Source: Myxococcota bacterium (GTDB lineage: Bacteria > Myxococcota > UBA727 > JABDBI01). Taken from it: a stretch of 38,355 bases of DNA. Under the pieces are notes generated by a model. It ran no database searches, was not told the origin of the DNA, and was given only the letters and a program-made list of their open reading frames with translations. The DNA lies in NCBI GenBank assembly GCA_052034245.1, contig JBPOIV010000173.1, forward strand, positions 1 through 38,355, given 5' to 3'. The position numbers and the translations under genes were made by a program. Position 1 is the stretch's first letter. Each line of letters starts with the position of its first letter. This document shows, one piece after another, positions 1-8,728 of the stretch.

Positions 1-177
1 AGAAGACAGTAGTATATTGCTGCGATTTCTTCTTCACACTTCTTTGCTTTAAAATCCTAAAACTCACTATCCCTCACTCGAAATAGGGGTAAGAATTATT
101 CACGATAGATCCTAAGGATTCCACACATTTTCTTTTCTTCTCGACACTAATTTCGGTTGATAGGCAGGAGAAGTTTC

Positions 178-1620
178 ATGGCTCAAAAAATAGGTCTTGG
201 TAATCTTATTAACGGCTCGTTTAAAGCGGGGCATTTGCCAGTTTTAAGTAAAAACCCAAGTCGAAATTTCGAGCCGGTTTTTGCCACAACTACCGATGAA
301 AACCATGTGGAAGCAGCCATTAGCGCCGCTAAAGAAGCTCAAAAGGCATGGTCGCTAAAAAATACTGAGCAAAAAAGGCCGTATTTCTTGGCCCTAAAAC
401 AGGCTTTTATTAGACACGAAGAAACTATTGCCGAAGCTATCTTTCAAGAGATGGGCAAGATAAAGAGCGAAGCCCTTTTAGAAGCCAAAAGCCTCAGCGC
501 TCGCATTGATCTCATGCTCAATCAAGGACTTTCTCGGGTAAAAACAGAAAAAATCTACGAACTTCGTGCTGAAACGCGCTACCACCATCAAGGTGTTTTG
601 GCTGTTATTGGGCCCTATAACTTTCCAGCCCATTTGGTAAATGCTCACGTCATTCCGGCTTTATTGATGGGAAATACCCTTGTCACTAAACCTTCTGAAC
701 TTTGTCCTTGGGTCGCAGAGCTCTATGCCACCTGTTTCATTGAGGCGGGCTTCCCCCCTGGTGTCTATAATCTTTTGCAGGGTGATGGCCGAATTGGTAA
801 GGCTTTATGCGCTCATCCTGGTATCGATGGCGTACTTTTTACCGGAAGCTACCCCACCGGGCGCGCCTTGCAGGAATTGCTTCTGGATCAGCCCCATAAA
901 ATTTTAGCATTGGAAATGGGCGGCAAAAACTTTGCTGTGGTTATGGATGACGCCGATATGGAGCAAGCACTTTTGGAAGTGGCCCAAGGTGCCTTTCTGA
1001 CGACTGGCCAACGCTGCACTGCTACCAGTAGAGTTTTAGTACATGAGGGCATTTTTGAACCTTTCAAAAAATCCTTGCTTTCTTTGACTAAAAAAATGCT
1101 GCCTGACACCAAAAATAATCAAGGCATTTTTGGGCCTATGGCGAGTAAAGATGCTTTGGATAAATTTCTTCGCGGCCTATCGCGCGCAAAAGAAGAAGGC
1201 GTCGAAATACTTCTTGACTCGCAAAAACTTGAAGGAGGCGCCTTTGTTACTCCGTCTATTTATCAGATTTCTTCCGATCACCCGGTGGGCGCTTATTTAG
1301 GGGAAGAATTATTTGGCCCCAACATCGCCTTAGAAAGTTTTCAAACGCTCAACGATGCCATTGATCGCATCAACCAGAGTCCTTTTGGCCTGTCAAACTC
1401 AATCTTTACGCTCAATTCCTACGCGGGTGATCAGCTCTATCAGCGCACCAAAAGCGGTTTGCTCAATATTAATCGCGCAACCAATGGTGCTTACGGACAA
1501 ATGCCCTTTGGAGGCGTCAATAAAAGTGGCAATCAACGTCCCGCTGGCATCGATGCCGTTCGTTATTCAAGCTTTCCTGTCGCTATCACGAGCTTGTCTT
1601 ATGGAGAAAGCGCTGCATCC
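178..1620 (+). other. Domain 1: aldehyde dehydrogenase, closest by motif pattern to succinylglutamate-semialdehyde dehydrogenase (AstD)
   Basis: Catalytic Glu context ILALEMGGKNF. Catalytic Cys context TTGQRCTATSR (Cys codon nt 1015-1017). EELFGPN motif. AstD-like strings GVLAVIGPYNFPAHL, KPSELCPW, GFPPGVYNLLQG and C-terminal PFGGVNKSGNQRPAG. Boundaries are approximate. Confidence 0.8.
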
Positions 1621-4600
1621 AAAGAATTGAGAGCACTGAGTGAAATGCCTGAGCCACAGATCTCCTTGGCAATCATAAGACTTCGTCACGAAATAGAAAA
1701 AGTGTTTGAGCTATATGGGATTCATAGTGATGAAGCGGCACTCAATCGGCTTATTTATTCTATTTCTTCTTTCGATTTAGGCGATCAAAGCGAAGAGTTC
1801 TTTGCAGGCCTCAAAGGAATTTTTGGCGATAAGCTTAGAATGGAAGGGCCGCATCTTATTTTCTTCCTCGATGCTGAGCAATTTTTCTTACTCGATAAAT
1901 TTGAAAGCTATATCGAGCATTGGGCAGCAAAACATGGTCTCGTCATTTCCCGACCTGTACCCTTAAAAATGAATATTCCCGCAGGGCTAGAGTTGCCACG
2001 CTCTCGCGCGATGCTTGATCGCTTATATCGAGGCCATTTCATACCGCAGGAGAAGAAAACGGCGGTGATCGATCTTCATCACTGCCACGGCTCTTTATTG
2101 ACGAGTATCGATGATAACCCGCTCGTTCTCATCGATGCCGCTAGTCAAATCGCAACTTTGGGAGCAGGCTTCAATGCCGATGCATTTCAAAATGCCTACG
2201 ACACAAGAGCGCTCGATATAAATATTCGAGAAAATTATGATTTAGGCCAGGATGTCGATGATCAAAGCATTCTTGCTCACGATGCGCATAAAGCCAAACT
2301 GGAATTTGAAAGTTTTCTTCATAAGCAATCTCACGAAGTTTTTTCCTCAATTGCCTATGGCGCTTCAGGTGCAGAAGCGAATGAGATTGCATTCGATGTC
2401 TGTCGTCAAAATGGCCCTGGTGGCACGCGCATTATTGCTTTCGAAGGCGCCTTTCATGGGCGCACAATTATGGCTTTGCAAGCGACCTACAATAAAGAAA
2501 AACGTGGGCCTTTCATGTTTCAGGGTTATGAAGCAAGTTTTGTGCCTTTTCCTAAAAATGATACGCCGGACGAAGAAGCCCCTTTTGATGCTGAATTTTT
2601 ATCGAGCTTGGCGCAGGGGAAAATTCCTGAAGCGAAAAATGCTGATCCGTTGCTGCTAAAAGAACTCATGAGTTTAAGTCGCGTCAAAGAAGAGATCGAG
2701 AAAGATAAAATTTGTGCAGTCATTATTGAACCCATGCAGTGTGAAGGCGGCGATCAATATGCAAGCAATCGCTTTTATAACGGCCTTCGTGCACTGACCA
2801 GGGCCTATAAAGTTCCACTTATTTTTGATGAAGTGCAGACAGGCTTTCATTTGGGCAGAAGTTTTTTTTGGCATCACCAATTTAAACTCCAGGATAGTTC
2901 AGGCAAACCCGATACTCCTGATTGTGTGACCTTAGGGAAAAAAGCCCAACTAGGAGTGTGTCTCAGCGTATGGCCAAATCCGCGAAACTATAGTCCCCAC
3001 GTCATCCAGCTAAAGCGCGGACTTCTTCATGGCAAAACTATGCGCACGACCGTCGCAAAAAATATCGAAGAAAAAATCAAAAAAGAACTGCGTCGTCTTG
3101 AGCATTATTTTCCAAGCCTAGTTATGAATGGGCGGGCAAATGGCTTTGCTTTTGCCTTCGACATGGCGAATGCTGCCCTTGCCAATCATCTTATAAATCA
3201 ACGCTTCGAAAGGGGCTTTATGGCCTATATCGCCGGAGAAAAAACCTTGCGATTTAGAGCCAATATGAGCACCAACAAAGAAATTATCCGTGGCCTTTTC
3301 GAGAAAATTTTTCTTGCACTCACCGATATTCGTGATGGCCTTAGCTCTGAGCGCAAAGCCGGTATCAAAATCGATCCGAGTGCTCAGCAATGTATTATTA
3401 GCAATATAAAAATTCACCCTCTCACCAAAGAGAATTTTCCTTCGCTTGAAGCAAAAATAAAAGCCATAGAAGATACAAGTTACGAAATAGGTCGTCGCGA
3501 CAGCATGGCGACTCTCTATGAATGGCTTTGCCGCCCCCATAGCCTCGGGCTTAGTCTTAGCTGCACGCTGAATGGCGAGGATATTTTTGGTGGGTATATC
3601 ATTGGTGGTCCTTTGGAATTTTGTACGAGCGATGGCCCCATGCAAGATCCTTTACGAAGCGAAAATAATACCTTTTATTCTGCAAATTTCACGCTTGATA
3701 AACGCATACGTGGTCGTGGTTTAGGCACCATGCTCAAGAATGAACAAATAGATCGCGTTAGAGCAATCAGGGACGAGCAAGGATTGCCTCGATATCAGTT
3801 TCTTTCGGGGCGAAACCGCATCGATTTAGCGGCTGCGATGACGCATATTAATACCCACCTAGGCGCCTACACCGTCAAAATTTACGACAATCAATACGGC
3901 GAAAAAAATGCTTCAGCATTGTATTATCGACTTCCACTTCGAAAGTCTTGGCACAAAAGTAAAGATAGAATTCAAGAAGACCTGCTCATATGCAATAATA
4001 GCATCGAGAGACCCTTTCAAGAAGTTCCAGAGGGACTTGAAAAAGATCTAGATAAAAATCGCGTGCGACCGATTGTGGGTTCAAAACTGACCTTATCGAA
4101 TTGGGCCACACCAAACTTGGTACGCTACACTGAGCTTCTACGCATGCTCATGCCAAAAAATCTCAATCACACCTATTTTACCTCTGGCCGCGAAGAGGTG
4201 GTCGATAAGGGCCTTCGTAGTCTACGTTTTCATCGCTTGGATGCCGATATCGCTATAGGATTTAGCCACCAATGGTTTGGCGCCACTACTGCAGCGGCAC
4301 GCTCTTTGAGCCATAATGCCCAAGAGGCGCAGCCTTTTAAATGGTTTGATTGGCCGCATGTTCCGCATCCGGGAATTGTTGGTGAAGCACAAAGTTTGAA
4401 GGCCCTAAAAGAAATACTCAGTACCATTGAGCCAAAAAAAGTTCTTGGCATTGTGGTGGAATTACTCGGTGAAAAAACTGCGCTCAGTTTTTCTCCGGCT
4501 TTTCTCGAAGAGCTAGATAAAATCCGTGAGGCCACAGGCATTCCTCTTGTATTTTCGGAGACAAGTTCGTCTTTGGGTCGATCAGGAACCTCGGTCTTTT

Positions 4601-5034
4601 TAAGTGATAGCCTTACAACAAAAGCCAACATGGTATGGTGGTATACGGGAGCGCAGCTTGGTCATGTTTTTGTTGATGACCACTACTTTGTTGAAAAGCC
4701 GCTGACGCTTATATCGACCTGGGACGGGGATGAGCTTTCCATAGCGCGTGCTTATCACTATTTGGTTGCGGCCAGTAAAATTGATTACACAGCGATGAAT
4801 GAATTTTCTCGCGAACTGCGCGCAATTAGCGGCACAGAACGTCATCGTGGCATGGGATCGTGGCATGCTCTCAAGCCCCAACGCATGAGCAGCAAAGAAG
4901 CAAAAAATCAAGGGCATGCTGCAGGAATCGTACTTGGAAAGGGATTTGATGACTGGTTGATGCTTTGTCCTCGTTCTGATTCATCAGTGGCCAGCTATAA
5001 AAAACTTTTGTCCTTCGCAAAGAGCCTGTTTTAA
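178..5034 (+). CDS. Four-domain fusion protein (1618 aa): AstD-like aldehyde dehydrogenase, LAT-like class-III aminotransferase, GNAT acyltransferase, and a second degenerate LAT-like domain
   Basis: Uninterrupted ORF 157..5034 beginning with TTG at 157. The ATG at 178 lies 8 nt after AGGAG (165-169), so 178 is preferred. Domain motifs are listed in the four sub-features below. All long ORFs on other frames or the opposite strand inside it are shadow ORFs. Confidence 0.9.
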   Translation: MAQKIGLGNLINGSFKAGHLPVLSKNPSRNFEPVFATTTDENHVEAAISAAKEAQKAWSLKNTEQKRPYFLALKQAFIRHEETIAEAIFQEMGKIKSEALLEAKSLSARIDLMLNQGLSRVKTEKIYELRAETRYHHQGVLAVIGPYNFPAHLVNAHVIPALLMGNTLVTKPSELCPWVAELYATCFIEAGFPPGVYNLLQGDGRIGKALCAHPGIDGVLFTGSYPTGRALQELLLDQPHKILALEMGGKNFAVVMDDADMEQALLEVAQGAFLTTGQRCTATSRVLVHEGIFEPFKKSLLSLTKKMLPDTKNNQGIFGPMASKDALDKFLRGLSRAKEEGVEILLDSQKLEGGAFVTPSIYQISSDHPVGAYLGEELFGPNIALESFQTLNDAIDRINQSPFGLSNSIFTLNSYAGDQLYQRTKSGLLNINRATNGAYGQMPFGGVNKSGNQRPAGIDAVRYSSFPVAITSLSYGESAASKELRALSEMPEPQISLAIIRLRHEIEKVFELYGIHSDEAALNRLIYSISSFDLGDQSEEFFAGLKGIFGDKLRMEGPHLIFFLDAEQFFLLDKFESYIEHWAAKHGLVISRPVPLKMNIPAGLELPRSRAMLDRLYRGHFIPQEKKTAVIDLHHCHGSLLTSIDDNPLVLIDAASQIATLGAGFNADAFQNAYDTRALDINIRENYDLGQDVDDQSILAHDAHKAKLEFESFLHKQSHEVFSSIAYGASGAEANEIAFDVCRQNGPGGTRIIAFEGAFHGRTIMALQATYNKEKRGPFMFQGYEASFVPFPKNDTPDEEAPFDAEFLSSLAQGKIPEAKNADPLLLKELMSLSRVKEEIEKDKICAVIIEPMQCEGGDQYASNRFYNGLRALTRAYKVPLIFDEVQTGFHLGRSFFWHHQFKLQDSSGKPDTPDCVTLGKKAQLGVCLSVWPNPRNYSPHVIQLKRGLLHGKTMRTTVAKNIEEKIKKELRRLEHYFPSLVMNGRANGFAFAFDMANAALANHLINQRFERGFMAYIAGEKTLRFRANMSTNKEIIRGLFEKIFLALTDIRDGLSSERKAGIKIDPSAQQCIISNIKIHPLTKENFPSLEAKIKAIEDTSYEIGRRDSMATLYEWLCRPHSLGLSLSCTLNGEDIFGGYIIGGPLEFCTSDGPMQDPLRSENNTFYSANFTLDKRIRGRGLGTMLKNEQIDRVRAIRDEQGLPRYQFLSGRNRIDLAAAMTHINTHLGAYTVKIYDNQYGEKNASALYYRLPLRKSWHKSKDRIQEDLLICNNSIERPFQEVPEGLEKDLDKNRVRPIVGSKLTLSNWATPNLVRYTELLRMLMPKNLNHTYFTSGREEVVDKGLRSLRFHRLDADIAIGFSHQWFGATTAAARSLSHNAQEAQPFKWFDWPHVPHPGIVGEAQSLKALKEILSTIEPKKVLGIVVELLGEKTALSFSPAFLEELDKIREATGIPLVFSETSSSLGRSGTSVFLSDSLTTKANMVWWYTGAQLGHVFVDDHYFVEKPLTLISTWDGDELSIARAYHYLVAASKIDYTAMNEFSRELRAISGTERHRGMGSWHALKPQRMSSKEAKNQGHAAGIVLGKGFDDWLMLCPRSDSSVASYKKLLSFAKSLF
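1990..3340 (+). other. Domain 2: class-III (fold type I) PLP aminotransferase, L-lysine-epsilon-aminotransferase (LAT)-like, catalytic residues intact
   Basis: GASGAEANE, AFEGAFHGRT, EPMQCEGGD, IFDEVQTGF (nt 2827-2844), and TLGKKAQLG with candidate Schiff-base Lys at nt 2938-2943. The last resembles the FGKKTQVCG signature of LAT rather than the usual xSKGLxGG. Boundaries are approximate. Confidence 0.75.
3405..3950 (+). other. Domain 3: GNAT-type N-acyltransferase
   Basis: Acyl-CoA-binding motif A of the form R-x-x-G-x-G: DKRIRGRGLGTMLK (RGRGLG = nt 3709-3726). The beta-strand-rich segment before it (IFGGYIIGGPLEF, FYSANFTL) is typical of the GNAT fold. Boundaries are approximate. Confidence 0.6.
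4066..5031 (+). other. Domain 4: second LAT-like aminotransferase-fold domain with degenerate PLP-site residues (probable pseudo-enzyme module)
   Basis: Retains LAT-like landmarks: FKWFDWPHVPHP (compare the FDWP segment of LAT) and ISTWDGDELSIARA (compare NSTWGGN). The EPxQGEGG segment is replaced by ELLGEKTAL. FDEVQTG is replaced by FSETSSS, with Ser at nt 4555-4557 where the pyridine-N Asp should be. The GKK Lys segment is replaced by TTKANMVWW. Confidence 0.6.
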
Positions 5035-5174
5035 GTTTTTTTTATAGCTTTTTCGCCTGGCTGTTTTAATAAAGGCGCGCTAGCGGATAAGCAGCACCGG
5101 CCGATTTTTTGGTGCGCCTACATTGTTTGAGCAAGTTTTGTCTGACATATCCTGTGGGAAATGAGGGTAGGAAA

Positions 5175-6242
5175 ATGAATGGACGACCATTGCGTGTTTT
5201 AGAACTTTTTGGTGAAGATGCTCTTGCCATCGGTCATCAACACGGTGAGACCTTCCGTCGAGAAATAAAAGAAATCGCCGAAATTCGTATGGAGAGAATG
5301 TGCGCCGTTTCACGCTTTAAGCGCGTTAAAGATGTGCTCGAAGTGGCGGAAAGACATATCGCCCCTCTTCAAGAATTTGATGTGGACCTTTTTTTGGAAT
5401 TAAGAGGCATTGCTGAAGCAAGCAATGTTTCACTGGAACGCTTGATCGTCCTTAACCACTACACTGACCTTCGCGATATTGAACCAAATACTGGCTATTA
5501 TGCCGGACGTCGCCCTGACGATCCGGAAGATCTTGGGGGCTGCTCAATCATTTATAGCCGCACCGAAAAGGGCCCTATGCTTGGACAAACATGGGATATC
5601 CACGGTAGCGCCGAGCCCTATGTACTTATGCTCAAAGTTAACGATGCCCTCGTCTTTAGCATCATGGGTTGTCTTGGCATGACAGGAATCAATACCCATG
5701 GGGTCGCTCTTGCCATTAATAATTTGAGCAGCATCGATGCTCGTATCGGCGTCATTTGGCCTGCTTTGGTACGAAAAGCTCTCACGCATAGCAGTGCTAA
5801 AAAAGCCAAAGATGAAATTATGCATGCGCCTAACGGATCAGGCCGCCACTATGCTATTGCTGATGAAAAGAATTTTTACGGCATCGAAACTAGCGGAACA
5901 AAGAAGAAAATTATTTGCGAAGATCCCGAGCTTTTATATTTTCATACCAACCATTGTCTCGACGCTGAAATGCGAAAAACTCACGTCATTCGCAAAGACT
6001 CCAACACTCTTTGGCGTTTTCAGCATTTGGATGAAGTGACCCGCTCGGAGGATCTTTCTACTCCGGAAAATATTTTTCTCGCCTTCAAAGCTATTTCTAT
6101 GCCACCCGATAGCCAACGTCCGCATAAAACGACTACCTGCGGCACACTGGTCATGGACATTGCTAAACGCGCAGTGCTAGGCTGCGCCGGGATCGCAGAT
6201 GAAGAGCTTTTACATTATTCGCAAACACGCTTGAGACTTTAA
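5175..6242 (+). CDS. Peptidase C45 / acyl-CoA:6-aminopenicillanic-acid acyltransferase family Ntn hydrolase
   Basis: ORF 5109..6242. The internal ATG at 5175 is preceded by GAGGGTAGG. A Gly-Cys pair in LGGCSIIYS (Cys nt 5541-5543, codon 123 from ATG 5175) sits where isopenicillin-N-acyltransferase-type enzymes self-cleave (Gly102/Cys103). GQTWD follows about 20 residues later, and the length (355 aa) fits the family. Confidence 0.7.
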   Translation: MNGRPLRVLELFGEDALAIGHQHGETFRREIKEIAEIRMERMCAVSRFKRVKDVLEVAERHIAPLQEFDVDLFLELRGIAEASNVSLERLIVLNHYTDLRDIEPNTGYYAGRRPDDPEDLGGCSIIYSRTEKGPMLGQTWDIHGSAEPYVLMLKVNDALVFSIMGCLGMTGINTHGVALAINNLSSIDARIGVIWPALVRKALTHSSAKKAKDEIMHAPNGSGRHYAIADEKNFYGIETSGTKKKIICEDPELLYFHTNHCLDAEMRKTHVIRKDSNTLWRFQHLDEVTRSEDLSTPENIFLAFKAISMPPDSQRPHKTTTCGTLVMDIAKRAVLGCAGIADEELLHYSQTRLRL

Positions 6243-6329
6243 GTACTGTTCTTTCTGCTTCGATAATAAAGAGAATTTTTCATCGCGTCTTTTGTTATAA
6301 TAGCGATAAGAATTCAAGCAGAGACTAAC

Positions 6330-7646
6330 ATGCACGAACAAAGTCGCTATAAAGAATCCGTCTTCATACCTTGGTCCAAACAAAAAGATGCTCAGGCCTT
6401 AATGGTAAAAGATGCGGAAGGGGTTTATCTCACGCTGCAAGATGGACAAAAGCTGATCGATATGAAGTCTCAGGCTTTTTGTGCAAATTTGGGGCATAAG
6501 CATAGAGGAATGCAAGAAGCGCTGGTAAAAGCGGCCGCTGAGGCTTCCGTGTTGAGTTCGGAAGTCTATTCAAAAGAGCGTCTTATCTTAGCTGAAAAGC
6601 TTTTGAGTATTGCACCCAAAAATTCCACACATCATTTATCAAAAACTTTTTTCAGTCTCGGTGGCGCTGAGGCTAATGAAAATGCCATTAAAATGGCGCG
6701 AATGTATACGAAGCGTCACAAAATTATCACGCGTTTTCGCTCCTATCACGGTGCCACCCTCGCGACCATAAATTTTAGCGGCGATTATCGTCGCATTCCC
6801 GTCGACAATGCCATCACGGGCGTCGTACGTTTTCCGGATCCTTATCCCCGCGGGAGCGGACAGAATATTGATACGGTGCGCTTACTTCAAGAAATCATCG
6901 AAATCGAAGGGCCTGAAACCATTGCCGCCATCATGCTTGAAGGCATTACCGGAGCGAATGGCGTTTTTGTTCCGCCGGCTGATTATTGGCCGCGCATTAG
7001 AAAATTAGCCGATGAGCATGGCATTGTGCTTATTGCTGACGAGGTACTTTCTGGGTTTTGGCGCACGGGCGCGTGGTGGGGGGTGAATCACTTCGATGTG
7101 GTCCCAGATATCCTCACCATGTCAAAAGGCCTGACAGCGGGCTATATGCCCCTTGGTGCGCTTATGGTCAGCAATGCAATTTCTAAGCACTTTGACGACG
7201 AGATTTTGGCATGTGGCCTTACGCAATACGGCCATTCTTTATCGTGTGCCTCAGCCCTTGCCGCCATTGCTTTTTACGAAGAGGAAAATTTTATCAGCAG
7301 TCTTAAAAAACGCTCTTTAGAATTGAAAAACTTTCTCGACGCCTTGATGAAAGATCATCCTCTTATCGCTGAAACACGCTCCATTGGACTTTTGGCTGCT
7401 ATTGATCTTTGTCAGCCTCACCACAAAGACAAAAATCTCGTTCCTTATCGGGCAACAGGCGAACAACTAAAACCCAACCAGATTTTACAGCAGGCCCTAC
7501 GTGATGAAGGAATTTCAGCGGTGCTACGCTACGGCACCATTCTTATTGCACCGCCTCTAATCATTAACGAAAACGAACTTAAAGAAGCGATGGCAGGGAT
7601 CGATAGAGCACTTAAACGGCTCAGCGATTCGCTTTCGAAAATTTAG
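6330..7646 (+). CDS. Class-III PLP aminotransferase (omega-amino acid / taurine:pyruvate aminotransferase-like)
   Basis: SLGGAEANENAIKMAR, FRSYHGAT, AAIMLEGITGANG, LIADEVLSGFWRTG, and TMSKGLTAGYMPLG (Schiff-base Lys). 438 aa. Confidence 0.85.
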   Translation: MHEQSRYKESVFIPWSKQKDAQALMVKDAEGVYLTLQDGQKLIDMKSQAFCANLGHKHRGMQEALVKAAAEASVLSSEVYSKERLILAEKLLSIAPKNSTHHLSKTFFSLGGAEANENAIKMARMYTKRHKIITRFRSYHGATLATINFSGDYRRIPVDNAITGVVRFPDPYPRGSGQNIDTVRLLQEIIEIEGPETIAAIMLEGITGANGVFVPPADYWPRIRKLADEHGIVLIADEVLSGFWRTGAWWGVNHFDVVPDILTMSKGLTAGYMPLGALMVSNAISKHFDDEILACGLTQYGHSLSCASALAAIAFYEEENFISSLKKRSLELKNFLDALMKDHPLIAETRSIGLLAAIDLCQPHHKDKNLVPYRATGEQLKPNQILQQALRDEGISAVLRYGTILIAPPLIINENELKEAMAGIDRALKRLSDSLSKI

Positions 7647-7708
7647 AGATACTCAGCACTTTAAAAATGAGAATGACGAAGACTTTTGAGCCTATAAAAG
7701 AGGACAAT

Positions 7709-8164
7709 ATGAAAAAAATATTCGTTTCACTATTTTTATTAGTAAGTATCCACAATCTTCATGCTGCAGAACCAGCTTGTGACGAAGGCACCGTGAGCAC
7801 CTGTGAGGACATGACTATCAATATGGAAATTACAGGAACCACGGGCCCGCCCTATTTTGGAAGCAAGGATGTCTCAGTAATGCTCAGCGGCTGCAATGAA
7901 GACGGCCAGCATACAAAAATGAGTATTCGCTTGACGAGTATGATGGAAAACCACACTACCATTGAGATGGACATTGTTTCTCGCACTAACTGCGAAATGA
8001 ACGGCCTAACTCTTGTGGGAGAAAAAAATGACGAGCAACAGTCGAATATACTGACTCTAGGCTTGGGAAATGGCTCAACATGGACGGGCCATATGAGCAC
8101 TCGTATGACAGGAGAAATGTGTGGAAACGGTCCTTCGAGGGGTATGAATTTAGTTCAAAAATAA
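7709..8164 (+). CDS. Small secreted Met-rich, Cys-containing protein (family member A)
   Basis: ORF 7667..8164. The ATG at 7709 follows AGAGGA and yields a Sec signal peptide, MKKIFVSLFLLVSIHNLHA/AE. Paralogous to 10174..10605 (shared DMTINM/DLSIDM and GCxxxxxHTKM motifs, plus a C-terminal W-x-G...C-x-N-G). An intrinsic terminator follows. Confidence 0.75.
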   Translation: MKKIFVSLFLLVSIHNLHAAEPACDEGTVSTCEDMTINMEITGTTGPPYFGSKDVSVMLSGCNEDGQHTKMSIRLTSMMENHTTIEMDIVSRTNCEMNGLTLVGEKNDEQQSNILTLGLGNGSTWTGHMSTRMTGEMCGNGPSRGMNLVQK

Positions 8165-8180
8165 GACTAAGATTCACTAT

Positions 8181-8214
8181 AAAAAAAACCTCGGGCCACT
8201 CCGAGGTTTTTTTT
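8181..8214 (+). terminator. Rho-independent terminator
   Basis: A-run, then stem CCTCGG (8189-8194) / CCGAGG (8201-8206) with a 6-nt loop, then T8 (8207-8214). Confidence 0.8.
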
Positions 8215-8260
8215 ACACTCGACTAGGTACTGAAAGAAAAGCGGTAAACAAGAGACGCTC

Positions 8261-8480
8261 ATGAAGAAAATTTTGTCATTCTGTAGTGTCTTTGGCATGC
8301 ATCTTTATGCAGATACCATAAGCGTGCATCCTAATCCTAGCGACGCTCTAAGCATCGACATGAAAGCAAAAATGCAGAACAGGCGTATTTCGTCATGCAA
8401 AAAAAATTTCTCTGACCCTTCGTGGATGTGAAAATAATCCCCACATAAAAGTAAAGCGTAAGTTTAGTGACTTAGAAGAG
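8261..8480 (+). pseudogene. Truncated, frameshifted copy of the 5' half of the 10174..10605 gene
   Basis: The ATG at 8261 gives MKKILSFCSVFGMHLYAD, almost identical to the start of the intact gene. An extra nucleotide in ATGCAGAACAGGCGT (intact gene: ATGCAGACCGGCATA) shifts the frame to a TGA at about 8428. The first Cys codon is changed (CCTTGCGAC becomes CCTAGCGAC). Homology stops at about 8480. Confidence 0.75.
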
Positions 8481-8728
8481 TAGCTCACCCAACCAAGAAG
8501 AGATAAAAAGATAACAATAAAAATAGTTCATCGTGTATATCGTTATTTAAAAGAGCGAATGCATGATCTTGAGTCTGATAGGCTCAAATTTCCAGGAAAA
8601 ACCAAATAAAATACCCCATCGAAAAAAGCCGTATATGCTACTTATACCGAGGTCTTAGGTGGTATTCACTTGCTCAATAGGAGTAAACCATGGGCCAAAC
8701 AATAAGGATTATCCGGCCCTTAGCTTCG

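Larger units (their letters stand above)
8072..8480 (+). repeat. Direct repeat, copy A (about 410 bp): 3' end of family member A, its terminator, and a degraded 5' half of member B
   Basis: Aligns by eye along its whole length with 9980..10390. Most positions are identical, with scattered substitutions and 1-3 nt indels. Both copies begin GGCTCAACATGGACGGGCCATATGAGCACTCGTATGA and end near AAGTTTAGTGACTTAG. Confidence 0.85.

Noticed and set aside
5035-5174. Possible terminator between the fusion gene and the C45 gene (GCACC...GGTGC)
   Set aside because: It has only a 5-bp stem with a 12-nt loop, and the T-run lies inside the loop. That is too weak to call, so co-transcription of the cluster remains open.
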